64,000 nt of DNA from Blautia celeris (GCF_014287615.1 NZ_JACOOU010000010.1:17901-81900); one strand, 5' to 3'; positions 21,411-30,861 are shown, counted from the first letter of the stretch. Program-made: numbers and translations. Notes: generated by a model not told the origin, from the sequence alone.

Positions 21411-21467
21411 GAAAGAGGGGACCACACGCGTGATGCTGTCATGCGTGCGATCCCCTCTTTTTTTGCT
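21411..21467 (+). terminator. rho-independent terminator
   Basis: Long hairpin AGAGGGGA...TCCCCTCT with an inner CACGCGTGA/TCATGCGTG pairing and a T7 run. Confidence 0.7.
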
Positions 21468-21469
21468 GT

Positions 21470-21682
21470 TCAGCACTCTTTTCCCAGTTTACGGGAACCT
21501 ATGAGTTTCCAGGTCTTATATTTCTTAACTCTATGCACAATATGGCGGGTTTTTCCGCATTTCATACACTGTCCCATAAAATCATATACCAGCACATCCT
21601 CCCGCTTCAGCTTCAGTCCGTATGTCTCATTCAGGCACGACCTGCAGTATCCCAGTCCATGTATTCTTTCATTTCTTGTCAT
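21470..21682 (-). CDS. hypothetical zinc-ribbon protein (CxxC...CxxC)
   Basis: 70 aa from MTRNERIHGLGYCRSC...CMKCGK, with a GGGAG RBS. The track ORF carries an upstream extension. Confidence 0.4.
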   Translation of the reverse strand: MTRNERIHGLGYCRSCLNETYGLKLKREDVLVYDFMGQCMKCGKTRHIVHRVKKYKTWKLIGSRKLGKEC

Positions 21683-21844
21683 CTTCACTCCCGCTCCCTG
21701 TAAATTTAATAATATCTTAATGAATCTAATATTTCTTTTTATAATATCAGATACAATACGATATTTCAAGACAGATTACGCATTAAAAACGACATTTTGG
21801 GGCATAGTATCATGTACAATGTTATATATTAGGTGGTGAAAAAT

Positions 21845-22183
21845 ATGTACAGCGAGAATACTTTTGAAGAAAACAGCTACGAAGAATTGTTTTATGACCG
21901 TCTTACGCAGCTTCGGTCAGCGAAGAAGGTCTCTGCAAGAGACATGAGTCTTTCCATTGGACAGAACCCGGGATACATCAACGGATTGGAAAATAAAAAA
22001 GGACTTCCCTCCATGACGGTATTTTTCTATATCTGTGATTATCTGAATGTTACACCAAAAGAATTTTTTGACGAGAGCATTGTCTGTCCTGAACAATTCA
22101 AGAATCTGTACCAGGATATGCAGGAACTGGACCGTGATGATCTCCAGCTCTTGTGGACATTGACAAAACGTCTGCAAAAATAA
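21845..22183 (+). CDS. XRE-family helix-turn-helix protein
   Basis: HTH_XRE motif (LRSAKKVSARDMSLSIGQNPGYINGLENKK). RBS AGGTGGTG. Confidence 0.6.
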   Translation: MYSENTFEENSYEELFYDRLTQLRSAKKVSARDMSLSIGQNPGYINGLENKKGLPSMTVFFYICDYLNVTPKEFFDESIVCPEQFKNLYQDMQELDRDDLQLLWTLTKRLQK

Positions 22184-22190
22184 GACGCAG

Positions 22191-22238
22191 AAAAGCCGTG
22201 GGCTGCAGTAAGATACGCTGCAGCCCACGGCTTTTTTA
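22191..22238. terminator. bidirectional rho-independent terminator
   Basis: AAAAGCCGTGGGCTGCAG ... CTGCAGCCCACGGCTTTTTT, an 18-bp stem flanked by A and T runs, between convergent genes. Confidence 0.8.
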
Positions 22239-23105
22239 ATTCTGCCGGCCGGTTTCCTGTTTGCTTTCCAGCATTTTTTTTTCATTACTCTTTCTGTACT
22301 GATTCGGCGACATGGAAGTCATTCTCCGGAATGCCTGGGAAAAGTAAGACTGGGAGGAGTATCCGACCATACCTGATATTTTCGTGACCGGATAGTTGGT
22401 GGTCTCCAGAAGATGCATGGCCTCTGACAGCCGTTTCTGTGTCAGATAGCTGATGGGAGAGATTCCCTTATAGGCCTTAAACGCATGGACCAGATAGTAT
22501 TTATTGATATGGGCCAGAAGGCTCAGGGATTCCAGGGTGATCTCCTCAAAGTAGTGTTCATTGATATACTGCTCCACAAAACGGCATTCTCTGGTGGCTT
22601 TCTTGGGCGGCGCTGCCAGAAGGTTCTGGCGGGTATGCCTGGTAATATACAGAAGGAGCAGCTCCAGAAGCTTCTGGCAGATCACCCCACTGTCCGGTTC
22701 TTCCAGACGCGCCTCCGCAACCATCTGCGCCAGGCAGTCTGAAATCTGCCTGTGGCGCTGTCCCAGGTAATGGACACTGTAGTCATAGGGTCCGCTCTCC
22801 TCCCCGGAATGGAACTGCAGCCCCTCTATGCCCAGGGCAATGTATTCCCAGGGGCTTTTTTTATTTCCCAGTTCCGTGTGGGAGACACCCGGGTTTACTA
22901 AAACCAGATCATTTTCCCGCACGGGTACTCTCTTATTGTCTATGATAAAGCTCCCCTCCCCCTTTGTGATGAAGAAAAGCTCTGCAAAATAATGGGAATG
23001 CTCCATACTGTGCCAGTCCTTGTCAGACCTGGCGCAGGTCACATACAAAAGCTGAACAGGCAGTGACAGAGGAGGCGGCTCCATGGAATATCGCTGGTTG
23101 CTCAT
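22236..23105 (-). CDS. AraC-family transcriptional regulator (cupin N-terminal domain, AraC HTH C-terminal)
   Basis: C-terminal HTH_AraC (LSEAMHLLETTNYPVTKISGMVGYSSQSYFSQAFRR). Start at MSNQRYS, which has a GGGAGG RBS. Confidence 0.8.
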   Translation of the reverse strand: MSNQRYSMEPPPLSLPVQLLYVTCARSDKDWHSMEHSHYFAELFFITKGEGSFIIDNKRVPVRENDLVLVNPGVSHTELGNKKSPWEYIALGIEGLQFHSGEESGPYDYSVHYLGQRHRQISDCLAQMVAEARLEEPDSGVICQKLLELLLLYITRHTRQNLLAAPPKKATRECRFVEQYINEHYFEEITLESLSLLAHINKYYLVHAFKAYKGISPISYLTQKRLSEAMHLLETTNYPVTKISGMVGYSSQSYFSQAFRRMTSMSPNQYRKSNEKKMLESKQETGRQN

Positions 23106-23288
23106 ATAGGGTTCCTCCCGTTTTCTCTTTGTAACTCCATTATAAAATTTTTCTGCTTTGGGAACAAGCCTGTTTTTTAACACCGGTCCCGGAACTTCTG
23201 GCAAGCCTTTTTCATACCTTATTATATGTCCCGGAGCACCCTGCGGCCTTTGGGAATATTTTATTGCACCAAATAACAGGAGGGAACT

Positions 23289-24320
23289 ATGAAAAAGATT
23301 TTATCCGTTTTACTCGCAGTCACTCTCTGCGCTTCCATGTGTCTTACAGGCTGCCAGAAGTCAGCAAAGAGTGGGAAAGATTCCAAAGATTCCGGCACGG
23401 AAAAAGAACTGGTGGATGTGAAACTGAATGAAGTTGCCCATTCCATCTTCTATGCGCCGCAGTATGTGGCCATTGAGGAGGGATACTTTACAAAGGAAGG
23501 CATCCGGTTAGAGTGCGTGACAGGTTTCGGCGCTGACAAAACCATGACTGCTGTCCTCTCCGGTGACGCAGACATCGGCTTTATGGGCGCAGAGGCATCC
23601 GTGTATGCCTACCAGGAAGGTGCCAATGACGCAGTCGTCAACTTTGCGCAGCTTACACAGCGTGCCGGAAATTTCCTGGTAGCCAGAAAAGAGATGCCGG
23701 ATTTCAAGTGGAGTGATTTAAAGGATAAGGATATTCTGGGCGGGCGCGCCGGCGGCATGCCGGAAATGGTATTTGAATATATCCTGAAACAGAACGGTCT
23801 TGACCCACAGAAGGATATGAACATTGACCAGAGTATTGATTTCGGCTCCACTGCTGCCGCTTTTTCCGGAGGACAGGGTGACTTCACCGTGGAATTTGAA
23901 CCAAGCGCCACTGCCCTGGAAAAAGAAGGAGCCGGTTATGTGGTAGCCTCCTGCGGCGTGGATTCCGGTTATGTCCCCTATACGGCTTACAGTGCCAAAA
24001 AAAGCTTTATGGAAAAGAACCCGGAGATCGTACAGGGATTCGTCAATGCCCTGCAAAAAGGTATGGACTATGTGAATACCCACACCGCGGAAGAAATCGC
24101 CAAGATCATCAAACCTCAGTTCAAGGAAAATGACCTGGATACCATCACCACCATTGTAAAACGTTACAAGGACCAGGATACCTGGAAGGATAACCTGATC
24201 TTTGAAAAGGATAGCTTTGAACTTCTGCAGGACATTCTGGACAGCGCCGGGGAATTGAAAGCCAGAGTTGCCTATTCGGATCTGGTCATCACGGATTATG
24301 CCGAGACGGCTGCAAAGTAA
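23289..24320 (+). CDS. ABC-transporter substrate-binding lipoprotein, NMT1/SsuA/TauA-like
   Basis: Lipobox LTGC after the signal peptide, and a periplasmic-binding fold resembling the sulfonate/nitrate/thiamine-precursor family. No permease or ATPase is adjacent. Confidence 0.8.
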   Translation: MKKILSVLLAVTLCASMCLTGCQKSAKSGKDSKDSGTEKELVDVKLNEVAHSIFYAPQYVAIEEGYFTKEGIRLECVTGFGADKTMTAVLSGDADIGFMGAEASVYAYQEGANDAVVNFAQLTQRAGNFLVARKEMPDFKWSDLKDKDILGGRAGGMPEMVFEYILKQNGLDPQKDMNIDQSIDFGSTAAAFSGGQGDFTVEFEPSATALEKEGAGYVVASCGVDSGYVPYTAYSAKKSFMEKNPEIVQGFVNALQKGMDYVNTHTAEEIAKIIKPQFKENDLDTITTIVKRYKDQDTWKDNLIFEKDSFELLQDILDSAGELKARVAYSDLVITDYAETAAK

Positions 24321-24440
24321 TTCTGATAATTTCCCGTAACATCTTGCAATATCGTTTTTAATCTGATATTATATCATTATATCACATTTTATATCTGACA
24401 CATGTAAAAGGTGATATAAATCCTTTGAACTTCTTGCTGT

Positions 24441-24490
24441 AAAAAGCGGCTGTGCTGTCAGCATCTTCACTGACAGCCCAGCCGCTTTTT
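24441..24490. terminator. bidirectional rho-independent terminator
   Basis: AAAAAGCGGCTGTGCTGTCAG ... CTGACAGCCCAGCCGCTTTTT. Confidence 0.8.
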
Positions 24491-24505
24491 CGCATTATCT
24501 TTTCA

Positions 24506-26674
24506 TCAGATCTCGTACCAGATGATCTCATTGGCATCCAGATGCAGCGCAAAGCTGCTTCCGTCCCCTTTATATACCACAGTATCCTGCGGTTCATAGG
24601 TATTGTTGACTACACAGTATTTTCCGTTCTTTACATAGGCGTGTACTTCCACATTGTAGTTCTCAGAGAACCATCTGTGCAGATTCTCCTCATCGTGGGA
24701 TGACCAGAGGATCGCCCTGTAGAGAAGCCTGCTGTTCTCAAAGCTGTAAGGCAGTCCGCTGATATACACACTTCTGCCCTCTCCGAAATCATTGGCCGCA
24801 AGCTGTACTTCCTTATCCACCTGCCTGATGATGGTGGTTTCCGGGAGTGCGAAGATGCTCTTCTGTCCCTCACCGAAGTCCACTTCCCCTCTGCAGTCCT
24901 CTGTGATAAAGTGCTCATGCTCTTCCCAGTTGTATTTGTCCACATTGAGGGTGAATCCGTTTTCTTTCTCCACTCCCATGACACCGGAGAGCTGGAAGTA
25001 ACGTCCCTCCCGCTGGCAGGCTGTAGGTTCACCCACGCCGATGAATCCGCCGCCTTCGTATACAAAGCGTTTCACGGCTGTCAGGATCTTCTCATCAGCC
25101 CAGTTCTCCCCGCCGGAATATGCCGTGTAGGCGCCTCCCACATTGAGAATAACATCAATATCTTTCAGGATATCCGGATTCTCTCTGATATCATCAAAGC
25201 TGATAAATTTCACATCAAAGGGGGCACCGCTCAATGCCTCGATGATGCCTGCATAGGAATAATTCTGTTTGTAATAGATCGCATGGTGTACCATATGGTT
25301 GCCCCAGGCGCGCATTTTGCCCCAGCTGTTCAGTACAGCCACACGTTTTACACAGTAAGGTGTGGTTCCTTTTATGTTGTTGTACAGGGTCCTGAACTCC
25401 TGGCAGACGCTCTCCACATAGTCGATGAAATCCGGGAACTGCATAGCCAGCTTCAGGTATCCGCCGTAACCGATCCGGTCGATGGGCTTTCTAAGGATAG
25501 CTCTTCTGGCTGTCACCCAGTTTACCTTTGCCTCCTTCACCGGGTCACCGCCCTCGTGGAAGGTATCCGGGAAGAAGTAGGGAAGAAAACGTCCCTCTGT
25601 ATAGTTTACGCCCTCAATATCGCTGATCAGTCGCAGAGTAGAACCATTTCCCACACTTCCCACTACCGCATCCAGGCCGATGGATTTGAACTCCTCCATA
25701 AACGGTTCGGTACCGATCCAGTGGTCGCCCAAAAACATCATAGCTTCCTTGCCGCACTCGTGTGTGATATCCACCATTTCTTTTGCAAGCTTGGCAACCT
25801 CACGCCTCTGGAATCTCTGGAAATCCCGGAATTCTTTTGACGGAATGCGGTATGTATTGTTCATATAGCCCTGGTCAATGATGTATTCCGGGCGGAACTT
25901 ATAGCCTGCCTCAGCCTCAAACTGCTCCAGGATATATGGGCTTACAGACGCGGAATAACCGTACCAGTCCACATATTTTTCCCTTGCCAGCTCATCAAAG
26001 ATCAGGGTGAACTGATGGAAAAAGGTGGTGTAGCGGATCACATCAATGTGAGGATTGTCCTCAATATATCTGCGCAGCCTCTCCATGGAGAATTTATGGG
26101 TTTTCGGCTGACGTACGTCAAAGGTGATCTGCTTTTCCACGTCCTTCCAGTCATTGGTCACCGCGTTATACATATGTACCGGGTCCCACATGATATAGGC
26201 AAGAAAACTCACAGTGTAATCATGGAATGCGATCGTCTCATGGATGGTCACGTCCCCTGTCTCCTCACTGTACTCCCACTGTGCAGGGGGAACCACTTCA
26301 CCGGTGGTACGGTCAATCACTTCCCACCAGCGGGTGATATCATCTCTGGAATTGACTTTCAGCATATCCGGATACAGATGATTCATCAGATGGATGCTGA
26401 GCTCATTTCCCGCCGCGTTGTAGAAAGGTGTCATAATGTACATCTGCTGAATCTCATCCGGGTTGGCTTTTGCCCATGTGTTGTCTTTCCTGGTGGTGTA
26501 ATAAGTCGAGTAAACCTTTGCATCCACATCCCGAAGCTGGGCCGGATAATCTGTTCCGTCACAGTCACGGATGGCATCTGCGCCCCACCGCTTTACAAGC
26601 TCCAGTGTCTCCGGAACCACATCCACATCTGTGGGAATCGTAACACGCCCCTTCATTTCTGCTTTTTCACTCAT
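24506..26674 (-). CDS. 1,3-beta-galactosyl-N-acetylhexosamine phosphorylase (lacto-N-biose / galacto-N-biose phosphorylase, GH112)
   Basis: 722 aa. The N-terminus (GRVTIPTDVDV...LVKRWGADAIRDCDGTD) closely matches the bifidobacterial LNBP family N-terminus, and the length fits GH112. Confidence 0.82.
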   Translation of the reverse strand: MSEKAEMKGRVTIPTDVDVVPETLELVKRWGADAIRDCDGTDYPAQLRDVDAKVYSTYYTTRKDNTWAKANPDEIQQMYIMTPFYNAAGNELSIHLMNHLYPDMLKVNSRDDITRWWEVIDRTTGEVVPPAQWEYSEETGDVTIHETIAFHDYTVSFLAYIMWDPVHMYNAVTNDWKDVEKQITFDVRQPKTHKFSMERLRRYIEDNPHIDVIRYTTFFHQFTLIFDELAREKYVDWYGYSASVSPYILEQFEAEAGYKFRPEYIIDQGYMNNTYRIPSKEFRDFQRFQRREVAKLAKEMVDITHECGKEAMMFLGDHWIGTEPFMEEFKSIGLDAVVGSVGNGSTLRLISDIEGVNYTEGRFLPYFFPDTFHEGGDPVKEAKVNWVTARRAILRKPIDRIGYGGYLKLAMQFPDFIDYVESVCQEFRTLYNNIKGTTPYCVKRVAVLNSWGKMRAWGNHMVHHAIYYKQNYSYAGIIEALSGAPFDVKFISFDDIRENPDILKDIDVILNVGGAYTAYSGGENWADEKILTAVKRFVYEGGGFIGVGEPTACQREGRYFQLSGVMGVEKENGFTLNVDKYNWEEHEHFITEDCRGEVDFGEGQKSIFALPETTIIRQVDKEVQLAANDFGEGRSVYISGLPYSFENSRLLYRAILWSSHDEENLHRWFSENYNVEVHAYVKNGKYCVVNNTYEPQDTVVYKGDGSSFALHLDANEIIWYEI

Positions 26675-26880
26675 AAGAATCTCCTTTCATCCGGTAAAAA
26701 ATTTCAACTTTTTCCTCCCCGTAAGAACACTGCCGCGCGCTCCGGGAACTCTCGTTTCACTATCTATAGCATACGCAAAATTTCGTCATAAGTCTATCGC
26801 CTTCTTGCTCATAATATTATATATATTGCTTTTTTATGTTTCATTCAAACAATAAAGATGGGGTAAATACAGCATTTTTC

Positions 26881-26923
26881 TAAAAAAACAGACGTACGGA
26901 TATTAAAATCCTGTACGTCTGTT
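26881..26923 (-). terminator. rho-independent terminator after the NhaC-family gene
   Basis: ACAGACGTAC ... GTACGTCTGT hairpin with a U8 run on the minus strand. Confidence 0.7.
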
Positions 26924-26939
26924 CGTCTCTGCCTGCTCT

Positions 26940-28553
26940 TTAGGAGACCGGCCTGTTTATGGCTTTTATTACAACCAGTACAATCAGCATGAGAAGAATC
27001 GCAATGGGAAGGGCAATCCATGCTGTCTGTACAAATCCCGCGATGATGTAGGATACAAAGCTGACTGCTGCCGCTGTTATGGCGTAGGGAAGCTGTGTGG
27101 AAACATGGTTCACATGGTCACACTGGGCTCCGGCGGACGCCATGATGGTGGTGTCGGATATGGGAGAACAGTGGTCACCGCACACAGCACCTGCCATACA
27201 GGCGGAAATGGAAATGATCATAAGCTGCGGATTGGAATTGGCGAACACGGAAACCACGATGGGGATCAGGATACCAAAGGTTCCCCAGGAGGTTCCTGTG
27301 GCAAACGCCAGGCCGCATCCGACTAAAAAGATGATGGCCGGAAGCAGGTTCATAAACCCGTTGGCACTGGACTGCACCAGATTCCCCACATACTCTGCCG
27401 CACCTAAGCTGTCTGTCATGGCTTTCAGCGTCCACGCAAAGGTCAGGATCAGGATAGCAGGAACCATGGCTTTAAAACCATCCGGGATACATGCCATACA
27501 CTCCCTGAAGGAGAGCACCCGGCGCGCAATGTAAAGGATCACCGTGATCACCAGACCGAAGAAACTGCCCAGCGCAAGGCCTACAGATGCATCGCTCTGT
27601 GAAAATGCCTCCACAAAGCCGGCTCCCTCAAAGAAACCGCCCGTATAGATCATACCGATCACACAGCATATTACAAGACATAAGATAGGAATGACAAGGT
27701 CCATGACTTTTCCTCTCGTGTTTTCCTTCTCTGTCTCCGCGCTGGCATAAGGGCGGCCCGGTGTGGTATACAAATCACCGTTCTTTGCATTTTTCTCATG
27801 CACTGCCATGGAGCCGAATTCCACTTTCATTAGTACCATTCCCACCATCATGACAATGGTAAGAAGGGCGTAGAAGTTATAGGGAATAGCCCGCACAAAA
27901 AGGGAAAGACCATCCTCTCCCTCCACAAATCCGCTGACTGCAGCAGCCCATGAGGAAATAGGAGCGATGATGCAGACTGGAGCGGCTGTGGCGTCAATGA
28001 GGTAAGCCAGCTTTGCCCTGGAAACCTGCTGCTTGTCCGTGACCGGACGCATAACGCTGCCCACGGTAAGGCAGTTAAAATAGTCATCAATAAAGATCAG
28101 CACACCCAGCAGAATCGTGGCAAGCTGCGCGCCCACACGGCTTTTGATATGTTCGCCTGCCCAGCGTCCGAAGGCCGCAGAACCTCCCGCGTTGTTCATG
28201 AGACATACCATAACGCCCAGTATCACAAGGAATACCAGGATACCCACATTGTAACTGTCGGAAAGCACGCTGATAATGCCTCCCTGGAAAATCTGTGTCA
28301 CAGTTCCCTCAAAGGAAAAGTTGGAGTAAAATACAGCACCCACTAAAATACCGATAAACAGGGAACTGTATACCTCCTTGGTGATCAGTGCCAGCGCAAT
28401 TGCCACAATGGGCGGCACCAAAGCCCAGAAGGTGGCGTACATCTTCGGCACATACTCTGTCTCGCCTTCCCCGGCAAATACCGTGACTGCGCACAGCAGC
28501 ACCACAAGCGCCGCGGACACCCACATGGCCCATCTTCTTCTCTTGTTTCGCAT
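26940..28553 (-). CDS. NhaC-family Na+/H+ antiporter-type transporter. Probably a lysine transporter, given the upstream lysine riboswitch.
   Basis: 537 aa, 11-12 TM segments, NhaC-family topology. A leader lysine riboswitch lies upstream. Confidence 0.88.
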   Translation of the reverse strand: MRNKRRRWAMWVSAALVVLLCAVTVFAGEGETEYVPKMYATFWALVPPIVAIALALITKEVYSSLFIGILVGAVFYSNFSFEGTVTQIFQGGIISVLSDSYNVGILVFLVILGVMVCLMNNAGGSAAFGRWAGEHIKSRVGAQLATILLGVLIFIDDYFNCLTVGSVMRPVTDKQQVSRAKLAYLIDATAAPVCIIAPISSWAAAVSGFVEGEDGLSLFVRAIPYNFYALLTIVMMVGMVLMKVEFGSMAVHEKNAKNGDLYTTPGRPYASAETEKENTRGKVMDLVIPILCLVICCVIGMIYTGGFFEGAGFVEAFSQSDASVGLALGSFFGLVITVILYIARRVLSFRECMACIPDGFKAMVPAILILTFAWTLKAMTDSLGAAEYVGNLVQSSANGFMNLLPAIIFLVGCGLAFATGTSWGTFGILIPIVVSVFANSNPQLMIISISACMAGAVCGDHCSPISDTTIMASAGAQCDHVNHVSTQLPYAITAAAVSFVSYIIAGFVQTAWIALPIAILLMLIVLVVIKAINRPVS

Positions 28554-28621
28554 TAGAAAACATCCTCTCTTTCTTTTCCCGGTTTCTGCCCTGTACTGCA
28601 GTGCTTTCCATTATTTAGGAT

Positions 28622-28860
28622 AACAAAAAGCCATGAACGGCAATCCCTTACGGGAACGCGTTCATGGCAGTAAAATCTCTTTTCCTGTCCAAGATGATAG
28701 CGCTCCACTTCCAGTGACAGTACGACGCATCTTATGCGGCGTCCCAGAAACAGACACCCGGGCGGGTATCCATCCCTTCGGCAGTTTCCCCTTTCTCTCC
28801 GGCGGCCGCCCGGCCCTTTTTCGCGGAAATACTCTTGAAACCTGCACCTCTATCATTCTG
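28622..28860 (-). promoter_or_regulatory. lysine riboswitch (L-box) with intrinsic terminator expression platform
   Basis: The minus strand reads GATAGAGGTGC...TTCAAGAGTAT...GAAAGGGGAAACTGCCGAAGG...TCTGG...TGTCACTGGAAGTGGAGCGCTATC. These match the conserved L-box blocks (the P1 GATAG/CTATC pairing, the AGAGGTGC turn, the GCCGAAGG core and GAGCGCTA). It is followed by the hairpin GCCATGAACG...CGTTCATGGC plus UUUUUGUU at 28622-28669. Confidence 0.8.
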
Positions 28861-29049
28861 CCGTTCCTGACACTTCGTCAGAAACCGTTTTTATATCTTT
28901 TTTATCATAACATTATTCTCTCAGAAATCCAAGTATTTTTTGACATTTTTCTTCTTCATTCCCCCGGATTGGTACAGTTCACTCCCAATGGTGATCCTTT
29001 ACGTCTGACTCCCACGAGACAGGCACATAGGGTGGCCGCAGCTTTTCCC

Positions 29050-29340
29050 TGCTTTACAGATAATTTAAAGGAATATTTGGGGTTTTGTATGTAATTTTAA
29101 GGAGTCTGACTACGGTTTCTTCCCGCTTTACATATAATTTAAAAGGGACCTTTCATTTTATTATGTAATTTTAAAAGGCCCCATCATATTATCCTCTTGT
29201 TTTACAGATAATACTGAAAAAATCTGGAGCTTTCGTATGTAATCTTATGGAATTTGCTTGCTGATTCTCCTCTTTCTACAGATAATTCATAAAAAGCTCT
29301 TGGAATCTATATGTAAATCAAATCACTGCGTGCCCAGCAA
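29050..29340. repeat. tandem repeat array, about 4 units of about 74 bp, same family as 53043..53560
   Basis: Successive units begin GCTTTACAGATAATTTAAAGG (29050), CTTTACATATAATTTAAAAGG (about 29125), TTTACAGATAATACTGAAAAA (about 29200) and TACAGATAATTCATAAAAAG (about 29276). Each also carries a second sub-motif TTTTGTATGTAATTTTAAGG about 37 bp downstream. Confidence 0.75.
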
Positions 29341-29538
29341 AACGCTTCGTGATACACAGATATGTTGCATTCTGCTCCATATCACACCGGCTGCCTCTGC
29401 CGGGCTGACGGATTCTGAACTATTGCGATTAATTTCCCATATATATAGAATGCTTTCAGAAAACATGTTATAATGACTGTAAGAATAAAGAATTAATGAC
29501 ACCCGACAGCATCAAAGTTTCATATAGGAGGGATGGAT

Positions 29539-30135
29539 ATGGCGAACCGTATTATAACGATTAACCGGATGTACGGAAGCAATGGACGGCTTATCGGAAA
29601 AGCGCTGGCTGAGAGGCTCGATATTCCGTTTTACGACAAAGAACTCATTACCCTGGCAAGCCAGGAAAATGATATTCCCCTGGAAGAACTGAAAAAAGTG
29701 GATGAGAAGAAAGCAAACCAATGGCATCTGCCCATCAAAGACGCTATGCAGATGGAACCGCAGTACCACTTTCAGCCGATGAACGACGTGCTTTTTGAAT
29801 CCCAATCTAAAATCATCCATGACCTGGCAGAAAAAGGAGACTGTATCATCGCGGGACGCTGTGCGGACCAGATCCTAGAGGGCAGATGCAAAAGCGTTTT
29901 CATTTTCGCCCCCTTTGAGCGCAGGGTAAAAAATATCATGGAACGGATAGGCAGGGAGGAGCGCAGCGCCCGCTCCCTGGTAAAGAAAATGGATAAAAGG
30001 AGACGTTCTTACTACGAATATTTTACAGACGCAAAGTGGCTGGATATGACTCACTATGACCTCTGTATTGACAGCAGCAAGTTCTCCGAGAAACACATTC
30101 TGGATATGCTGGAAGCTGTCTACAGGGATATGTAA
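29539..30135 (+). CDS. cytidylate kinase-like family P-loop protein
   Basis: MANRIITINRMYGSNGRLIGKALAERLDIPFYDKELI matches the cytidylate_kin2-like family. Start at the second ATG, 7 nt after GGAGGG. Confidence 0.72.
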   Translation: MANRIITINRMYGSNGRLIGKALAERLDIPFYDKELITLASQENDIPLEELKKVDEKKANQWHLPIKDAMQMEPQYHFQPMNDVLFESQSKIIHDLAEKGDCIIAGRCADQILEGRCKSVFIFAPFERRVKNIMERIGREERSARSLVKKMDKRRRSYYEYFTDAKWLDMTHYDLCIDSSKFSEKHILDMLEAVYRDM

Positions 30136-30149
30136 ACAGGAAATGCTTT

Positions 30150-30178
30150 GAGGGACATCCCAGGATGTCCCTTTTTTC
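30150..30178 (+). terminator. rho-independent terminator
   Basis: AGGGACATCC cag GGATGTCCCT followed by TTTTTT. Confidence 0.75.
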
Positions 30179-30440
30179 ACAGCCTGACAGAAACATAGGT
30201 TCCGTCCTTACCTGTGACATTTACGATTTCCAGGCCCTTGAACTGCCGCAGTGCATGATAGCATTCCCGGTACGCCCGGCGGAGGAATTTCTTGTCCACC
30301 TCTTTTCCGCAGAGAGCAGGCAGTGCACTCTGCATTTCCCGGATTGTACGCTCCGGGATGCAGGCTATGGCGATTCCTCCAAACCTTAACGGTACCGGTA
30401 TAAAAAGGCGTACATCCTTAGAGCGTATAATGATTCTCAT
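30177..30440 (-). CDS. hypothetical protein (third gene of the DUF2089 operon)
   Basis: 87-aa ORF spaced tightly (16 nt) after the upstream gene. No domain recognised. Confidence 0.45.
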   Translation of the reverse strand: MRIIIRSKDVRLFIPVPLRFGGIAIACIPERTIREMQSALPALCGKEVDKKFLRRAYRECYHALRQFKGLEIVNVTGKDGTYVSVRL

Positions 30441-30456
30441 CTTCTCTCCCCTTTGC

Positions 30457-30861
30457 TTATCCCACGTAAACCTTTACGATATCACCGTTTTTCGATTCCA
30501 CGTTCACGATATCGCCGATGGCCTCAGCATCTAAGCAGTCCACAACGGTATCCAGAATCTCCGTAAGCTCGATCCCCTGCAGGCTCTCACTGACAGCAGG
30601 AAGCTTTCCTGTCACTTTTAAGATCTGGCGGATGGCTGTTACCGGGAGCTGCACGTTCACTTTATCCCCTTCACTGCTGTCCACTACAATACGCACCATG
30701 CGCTTGTCATACTCCAGATTGACCCGCTCCGTCTCTGCCACTTCATAGGACGCGGCTTCCGTCTCCTTCTGCGGTGTCAGGGCCGTGAGAAATTCTGACG
30801 CCTGTTCTGCCGTAATTTTTCCTTCTTCCAGCATTTTTAAGATTCTCAACTGTTCTTCCAT
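30457..30861 (-). CDS. hypothetical protein with a short helical N-terminal motif (SHOCT-like) and a beta-rich C-terminus
   Basis: 134 aa. MEEQLRILKMLEEGKITAEQASEFLTAL is characteristic of proteins that co-occur with DUF2089 and DUF4097 genes. Confidence 0.55.
   Translation of the reverse strand: MEEQLRILKMLEEGKITAEQASEFLTALTPQKETEAASYEVAETERVNLEYDKRMVRIVVDSSEGDKVNVQLPVTAIRQILKVTGKLPAVSESLQGIELTEILDTVVDCLDAEAIGDIVNVESKNGDIVKVYVG

Noticed and set aside
28554-28900. T-box or other riboswitch class in the NhaC leader
   Set aside because: There is no T-box motif (AANNGGGTGGNACCGCG) and no specifier-loop geometry. The conserved blocks fit the lysine riboswitch instead.
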